A DNA stretch of 64,000 bases from Eledone cirrhosa (lineage: Eukaryota): positions 28,520,001 to 28,584,000 of the forward strand of contig OZ024740.1 of assembly GCA_964016885.1 (NCBI GenBank), in the 5' to 3' direction. The stretch's first letter is position 1. Every line of letters starts with the position of its first letter. Below the pieces are notes generated by a model. The model had not been told where the DNA came from and made no database searches. It worked only from the letters and a program-made list of their open reading frames with translations. Made by a program: the position numbers and the translations under genes. Below are positions 56,479 to 64,000 of the stretch, in pieces.

Positions 56479-59400
56479 TGTCAACAGCTGTGTTATATAT
56501 GTGTCTACTGTGTTAACAGCTGTCTTAAATATGTGTCTACTGTGTTAACAGCTGTCTTATATATGTGACTACTGTGTTAACAGCTGGGTTATATATGTGT
56601 CTACTGTGTTAACAGCTGTCTTATATATGTGTCTACTGTGTTAACAGCTGTGTTATATATGTGTCTACTGTGTCAACAGCTGTCTTATATATGTGTCTAA
56701 TGTGCTAACAGCTGTGTTATATATGTGTCTACAGTGTCAACAGCTGTCTTATATATGTCTCTACTATGTTAACAGCTGTCTTATATATGTCTCTACTGTG
56801 CTAACAGCTGTCTTATATATGTGTCTACAGTGTTAACAGCTGTCTTATATATGTGTCTACTGTGTCAACAGCTGTCTTATATATGTGTCTACTGTGCTAA
56901 CAGCTGTCTTATATATGTGTCTACTGTGCTAACAGCTGTCTTATATATGTGTCTACAGTGTCAACAGCTGTCTTATATATGTGTCTACTGTGTTAACAGC
57001 TGTCTTATATATGTCTCTACTGTGCTAACAGCTGTCTTATATATGTGTCTACTGTGTTAACAGCTGTCTTATATATGTGTCTACTGTGTCAACAGCTGTC
57101 TTATATATGTGTCTACTGTGCTAACAGCTGTGTTATATATGTGTCTACTGTGTCAACAGCTGTGTTATATATGTGTCTACTGTGTTAACAGCTGTCTTAT
57201 ATATGTGTCTACTGTGCTAACAGCTGTGTTATATATGTGTCTACTGTGTTAACAGCTGTCTTATATATGTGTCTACTGTGCTAACAGCTGTCTTATATAT
57301 GTGTCTACTGTGTTAACAGCTGTCTTATATATGCGTCTACTGTGTTAACAGCTGTCTTATATATGTGTCTACTGTGTTAACAGCTGTCTTATATATGTGT
57401 CTACAGTGTTAACAGCTGTCTTATATATGTGTCTACTGTGTCAACAGCTGTCTTATATATGTGTCTACTGTGCTAACAGCTGTGTTATATATGTGTCTAC
57501 AGTGTCAACAGCTGTCTTATATATGTCTCTACTGTGTTAACAGCTGTCTTATATATGTCTCTACTGTGCTAACAGCTGTCTTATATATGTGTCTACAGTG
57601 TTAACAGCTGTCTTATATATGTGTCTACTGTGTCAACAGCTGTCTTATATATGTGTCTACTGTGGTAACAGCTGTCTTATATATGTGTCTACTGTGCTAA
57701 TAGCTGTCTTATATGTGTGTCTACAGTGTCAACAGCTATCTTATATATGTGTCTACTGTGTTAACAGCTGTCTTATATATGTCTCTACTCTGCTAACAGC
57801 TGTCTTATATATGTGTCTACTGTGTTAACAGCTGTCTTATATATGTGTCTACTGTGTCAACAGCTGTCTTATATATGTGTCTACTGTGCTAACAGCTGTG
57901 TTATATATGTGTCTACTGTGTCAACAGCTGTGTTATATATGTGTCTACTGTGTTAACAGCTGTCTTATATATGTGTCTATTGTGCGAACAGCTGTGTTAT
58001 ATATGTGTCTAGTGTGTTAACAGCTGTCTTATATATGTGTCTACTGTGCTAACAGCGATCTTATATATGTGTCTACTGTGTTAACAGCTGTCTTATATAT
58101 GTGTCTACTGTGTTAACAGCTGTCTTATATATGTGTCTACTGTGTCAACAGCTGTGTTATATATGTGTCTTCTGTGTTAACAGCTGTCTTATATATGCGT
58201 CTACTGTGTTAACTGCTGTGTTATATATGTGTCTACAGTGTCAACAGCTGTCTTATATATGTCTCTACTGTGTTAACAGCTGTCTTATATATGTGTCTAC
58301 AGTGTTAACAGCTGTCTTATATATGTGTCTACTGTGTCAACAGCTGTCTTATATATGTGTCTACTGTGCTAACAGCTGTCTTATATATGTGTCTACTGTG
58401 CTAACAGCTGTCTTATATATGTGTCTACAGTGTCAACAGCTGTCTTATATATGTGTCTACTGTGTTAACAGCTGTCTTATATATGTCTCTACTGTGCTAA
58501 CAGCTGTCTTATATATGTGTCTACTGTGTTAACAGCTGTCTTATATATGTGTCTACTGTGTCAACAGCTGTCTTATATATGTGTCTACTGTGCTAACAGC
58601 TGTGTTATATATGTGTCTACTGTGTCAACAGCTGTGTTATATATGTGTCTACTGTGTTAACAGCTGTCTTATATATGTGTCTACTGTGCTAACAGCTGTG
58701 TTATATATGTGTCTACTGTGTTAACAGCTGTCTTATATATGTGTCTACTGTGCTAACAGCTGTCTTATATATGTGTCTACTGTGTTAACAGCTGTCTTAT
58801 ATATGCGTCTACTGTGTTAACAGCTGTCTTATAAATGTGTCTACTGTGTTAACAGCTGTCTTATATATGTGTCTACAGTGTTAACAGCTGTCTTATATAT
58901 GTGTCTACTGTGTCAACAGCTGTCTTATATATGTGTCTACTGTGCTAACAGCTGTGTTATATATGTGTCTACAGTGTCAACAGCTGTCTTATATATGTCT
59001 CTACTGTGTTAACAGCTGTCTTATATATGTCTCTACTGTGCTAACAGCTGTCTTATATATGTGTCTACAGTGTTAACAGCTGTCTTATATATGTGTCTAC
59101 TGTGTCAACAGCTGTCTTATATATGTGTCTACTGTGCTAACAGCTGTCTTATATATGTGTCTACTGTGCTAATAGCTGTCTTATATGTGTGTCTACAGTG
59201 TCAACAGCTATCTTATATATGTGTCTACTGTGTTAACAGCTGTCTTATATATGTCTCTACTCTGCTAACAGCTGTCTTATATATGTGTCTACTGTGTTAA
59301 CAGCTGTCTTATATATGTGTCTACTGTGTCAACAGCTGTCTTATATATGTGTCTACTGTGCTAACAGCTGTGTTATATATGTGTCTACTGTGTCAACAGC

Positions 59401-62400
59401 TGTGTTATATATGTGTCTACTGTGTTAACAGCTGTCTTATATATGTGTCTACTGTGCTAACAGCTGTGTTATATATGTGTCTAGTGTGTTAACAGCTGTC
59501 TTATATATGTGTCTACTGTGCTAACAGCTGTCTTATATATGTGTCTACTGTGTTAACAGCTGTCTTATATATGTGTCTACTGTGTTAACAGCTGTCTTAT
59601 ATATGTGTCTACTGTGTCAATAGCTGTGTTATATATGTGTCTTCTGTGTTAACAGCTGTCTTATATATGCGTCTACTGTGTTAACTGCTGTGTTATATAT
59701 GTGTCTACTGTGCTAACAGCTGTCTTATATATGTGTCTACTGTGCTAATAGCTGTCTTATATGTGTGTCTACAGTGTCAACAGCTATCTTATATATGTGT
59801 CTACTGTGTTAACAGCTGTCTTATATATGTCTCTACTCTGCTAACAGCTGTCTTATATATGTGTCTACTGTGTTAACAGCTGTCTTATATATGTGTCTAC
59901 TGTGTTAACAGCTGTCTTATACATGTGTCTACTGTGTCAACAGCTGTGTTATATATGTGTCTACTGTGTTAACAGTTGCCTTATACATGTGTCTACTGTG
60001 TCAACAGCTGTCTTATATATGTGTCTACTGTGTTAACAGCTGTCTTATATATGTGTCTTCTGTGTTAACGGCTGTCTTATATATGTGTCTACTGTGTTAA
60101 CAGCTGTGTTATATATGTGTCTACTGTGTCAACAGCTGTGTTATATATGTGTCTACTGTGTTAACAGCTGTCTTACATATTGTGTACTGTGTCAACAGCT
60201 GTGTTATATATGTGTCTACTGTGCTAACAGCTGTCTTCTATATGTGTCTACTGTGTTAACAGATGTCTTATATATGTGTCTACTGTGTTAACAGCTGTGT
60301 TATATATGTGTCTACTGTGTCAACAGCTGTCTTATATATGTGTCTACTGTGTTAACAGCTGTGTTATATATGTGTCTACTGTGTCAACAGCTGTGTTATA
60401 TATGTGTCTACTGTGTTAACAGCTGTCTTATATATGTGTCTAGTGTGTCAACAGCTGTGTTATATATGTGTCTACTGTGTTAACAGCTGTCTTAAATATG
60501 TGTCTACTGTGTTAACAGCTGTCTTATATATGTGACTACTGTGTTAACAGCTGGGTTATATATGTGTCTACTGTGTTAACAGCTGTCTTATATATGTGTC
60601 TACTGTGTTAACAGCTGTGTTATATATGTGTCTACTGTGTCAACAGCTGTCTTATATATGTGTCTACTGTGCTAACAGCTGTGTTATATATGTGTCTACA
60701 GTGTCAACAGCTGTCTTATATATGTCTCTACTGTGTTAACAGCTGTCTTATATATGTCTCTACTGTGCTAACAGCTGTCTTATATATGTGTCTACAGTGT
60801 TAACAGCTGTCTTATATATGTGTCTACTGTGTCAACAGCTGTCTTATATATGTGTCTACTGTGCTAACAGCTGTCTTATATATGTGTCTACTGTGCTAAC
60901 AGCTGTCTTATATATGTGTCTATAGTGTCAACAGCTGTCTTATATATGTGTCTACTGTGTTAACAGCTGTCTTATATATGTCTCTACTGTGCTAACAGCT
61001 GTCTTATATATGTGTCTACTGTGTTAACAGCTGTCTTATATATGTGTCTACTGTGTCAACAGCTGTCTTATATATGTGTCTACTGTGCTAACAGCTGTGT
61101 TATATATGTGTCTACTGTGTCAACAGCTGTGTTATATATGTGTCTACTGTGTTAACAGCTGTCTTATATATGTGTCTACTGTGCTAACAGCTGTGTTATA
61201 TATGTGTCTACTGTGTTAACAGCTGTCTTATATATGTGTCTACTGTGCTAACAGCTGTCTTATATATGTGTCTACTGTGTTAACAGCTGTCTTATATATG
61301 CGTCTACTGTGTTAACAGCTGTCTTATATATGTGTCTACTGTGTTAACAGCTGTCTTATATATGTGTCTACAGTGTTAACAGCTGTCTTATATATGTGTC
61401 TACTGTGTCAACAGCTGTCTTATATATGTGTCTACTGTGCTAACAGCTGTGTTATATATGTGTCTACAGTGTCAACAGCTGTCTTATATATGTCTCTACT
61501 GTGTTAACAGCTGTCTTATATATGTCTCTACTGTGCTAACAGCTGTCTTATATATGTGTCTACAGTGTTAACAGCTGTCTTATATATGTGTCTACTGTGT
61601 CAACAGCTGTCTTATATATGTGTCTACTGTGCTAACAGCTGTCTTATATATGTGTCTACTGTGCTAATAGCTGTCTTATATGTGTGTCTACAGTGTCAAC
61701 AGCTATCTTATATATGTGTCTACTGTGTTAACAGCTGTCTTATATATGTCTCTACTCTGCTAACAGCTGTCTTATATATGTGTCTACTGTGTTAACAGCT
61801 GTCTTATATATGTGTCTACTGTGTCAACAGCTGTCTTATATATGTGTCTACTGTGCTAACAGCTGTGTTATATATGTGTCTACTGTGTCAACAGCTGTGT
61901 TATATATGTGTCTACTGTGTTAACAGCTGTCTGATATATGTGTCTACTGTGCGAACAGCTGTGTTATATATGTGTCTAGTGTGTTAACAGCTGTCTTATA
62001 TGTGTGTCTACAGTGTCAACAGCTATCTTATATATGTGTCTACTGTGTTAACAGCTGTCTTATATATGTCTCTACTCTGCTAACAGCTGTCTTATATATG
62101 TGTCTACTGTGTTAACAGCTGTCTTATATATGTGTCTACTGTGTCAACAGCTGTCTTATATATGTGTCTACTGTGCTAACAGCTGTGTTATATATGTGTC
62201 TACTGTGTTAACAGCTGTCTTATATATGTGTCTACTGTGTTAACAGCTGTCTTATATATGTGTCTACTGTGTCAACAGCTGTGTTATATATGTGTCTTCT
62301 GTGTTAACAGCTGTCTTATATATGCGTCTACTGTGTTAACTGCTGTGTTATATATGTGTCTACAGTGTCAACAGCTGTCTTATATATGTCTCTACTGTGT

Positions 62401-64000
62401 TAACAGCTGTCTTATATATGTGTCTACAGTGTTAACAGCTGTCTTATATATGTGTCTACTGTGTCAACAGCTGTCTTATATATGTGTCTACTGTGCTAAC
62501 AGCTGTCTTATATATGTGTCTACTGTGCTAACAGCTGTCTTATATATGTGTCTACAGTGTCAACAGCTGTCTTATATATGTGTCTACTGTGTTAACAGCT
62601 GTCTTATATATGTCTCTACTGTGCTAACAGCTGTCTTATATATGTGTCTACTGTGTTAACAGCTGTCTTATATATGTGTCTACTGTGTCAACAGCTGTCT
62701 TATATATGTGTCTACTGTGCTGACAGCTGTGTTATATATGTGTCTACTGTGTCAACAGCTGTGTTATATATGTGTCTACTGTGTTAACAGCTGTCTTATA
62801 TATGTGTCTACTGTGCTAACAGCTGTGTTATATATGTGTCTACTGTGTTAACAGTTGTCTTATATATGTGTCTACTGTGCTAACAGCTGTCTTATATATG
62901 TGTCTACTGTGTTAACAGCTGTCTTATATATGCGTCTACTGTGTTAACAGCTGTCTTATATATGTGTCTACTGTGTTAACAGCTGTCTTATATATGTGTC
63001 TACAGTGTTAACAGCTGTCTTATATATGTGTCTACTGTGTCAACAGCTGTCTTATATATGTGTCTACTGTGCTAACAGCTGTGTTATATATGTGTCTACT
63101 GTGTTAACAGCTGTCTTATATATGTGTCTACTGTGTTAACAGCTGTCTTATATATGTGTCTACTGTGTTAACAGCTGTCTTATATATGTGTCTACTGTGT
63201 CAACAGCTGTGTTATATATGTGTCTTCTGTGTTAACAGCTGTCTTATATATGCGTCTACTGTGTTAACTGCTGTGTTATATATGTGTCTACTGTGCTAAC
63301 AGCTGTCTTATATATGTGTCTACTGTGCTAATAGCTGTCTTATATGTGTGTCTACAGTGTCAACAGCTATCTTATATATGTGTCTACTGTGTTAACAGCT
63401 GTCTTATATATGTCTCTACTCTGCTAACAGCTGTCTTATATATGTGTCTACTGTGTTAACAGCTGTCTTATATATGTGTCTACTGTGTTAACAGCTGTCT
63501 TATACATGTGTCTACTGTGTCAACAGCTGTGTTATATATGTGTCTACTGTGTTAACAGTTGCCTTATACATGTGTCTACTGTGTCAACAGCTGTCTTATA
63601 TATGTGTCTACTGTGTTAACAGCTGTCTTATATATGTGTCTTCTGTGTTAACGGCTGTCTTATATATGTGTCTACTGTGTTAACAGCTGTGTTATATATG
63701 TGTCTACTGTGTCAACAGCTGTGTTATATATGTGTCTACTGTGTTAACAGCTGTCTTACATATTGTGTACTGTGTCAACAGCTGTGTTATATATGTGTCT
63801 ACTGTGCTAACAGCTGTCTTCTATATGTGTCTACTGTGTTAACAGATGTCTTATATATGTGTCTACTGTGTTAACAGCTGTGTTATATATGTGTCTACTG
63901 TGTCAACAGCTGTCTTATATATGTGTCTACTGTGCTAACAGCTGTCTTATATATGTGTCTACTGTGCTAACAGCTGTCTTATATATGTGTCTACAGTGTC
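56460..64000 (+). repeat. 32-bp satellite, block D (continues beyond the right edge)
   Basis: Plus-orientation monomers rich in GCTAAC and CTACAG variants. Paralogous offsets are 1472 (46x32), 3967 (124x32-1) and 3583 (112x32-1). Confidence 0.98.

Noticed and set aside
54907-56568. Short ORFs at 54907-55335, 55360-55551, 55668-55880 and 56335-56568
   Set aside because: Alternative-frame or antisense shadows of ORF2, or satellite/LINE chimeras.
42557-63874. Cys-rich ORFs of the type MCLLCQQLSYICVYCVNSC
   Set aside because: They are translations of the 32-bp repeat, open only where TCAAC or similar variants remove the TAA. They are not zinc fingers.
42228-64000. CRISPR-like array (32-bp partly palindromic repeat)
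   Set aside because: Monomers are head-to-tail with no unique spacers, there are no cas genes, and the context contains a eukaryotic LINE.
1-64000. Assignment to a particular species or to a functional centromere
   Set aside because: No diagnostic sequence was recognised; this would need a database search and CENP-A data.

Overview
Eukaryotic (probably animal) heterochromatin-type window with no host genes. Three short-period satellites abut with no spacer: a 19-bp array (1-34515, GAGTATATGTGATTTTCCT) with nested higher-order repeats, an 18-bp C/A-rich array (34516-42230, CCACT[AC/GT]CATATACCACA) and a 32-bp array (42228-64000, TTATATATGTGTCTACTGTGTTAACAGCTGTC). The only real coding sequence is a 5'-truncated, stop-free L1/Tx1-like non-LTR retrotransposon (54979-56459). 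It sits in the 32-mer with a 19-bp target-site duplication, supported by two empty paralogous sites in the window, and at a target unlike the L1 TTTT/A site. The 32-mer switches strand three times, each time at the centre of a different internal palindrome of its monomer (ATATAT, GTTAAC, CAGCTG). The 3.9-kb inverted block is flanked by a 99-bp direct duplication that is single-copy in a paralogous region, so it looks inserted rather than flipped in place. The satellites share a CTG-W-S..TATA(TGTG) core. All other ORFs in the track are repeat artefacts. All alignments were done by eye.
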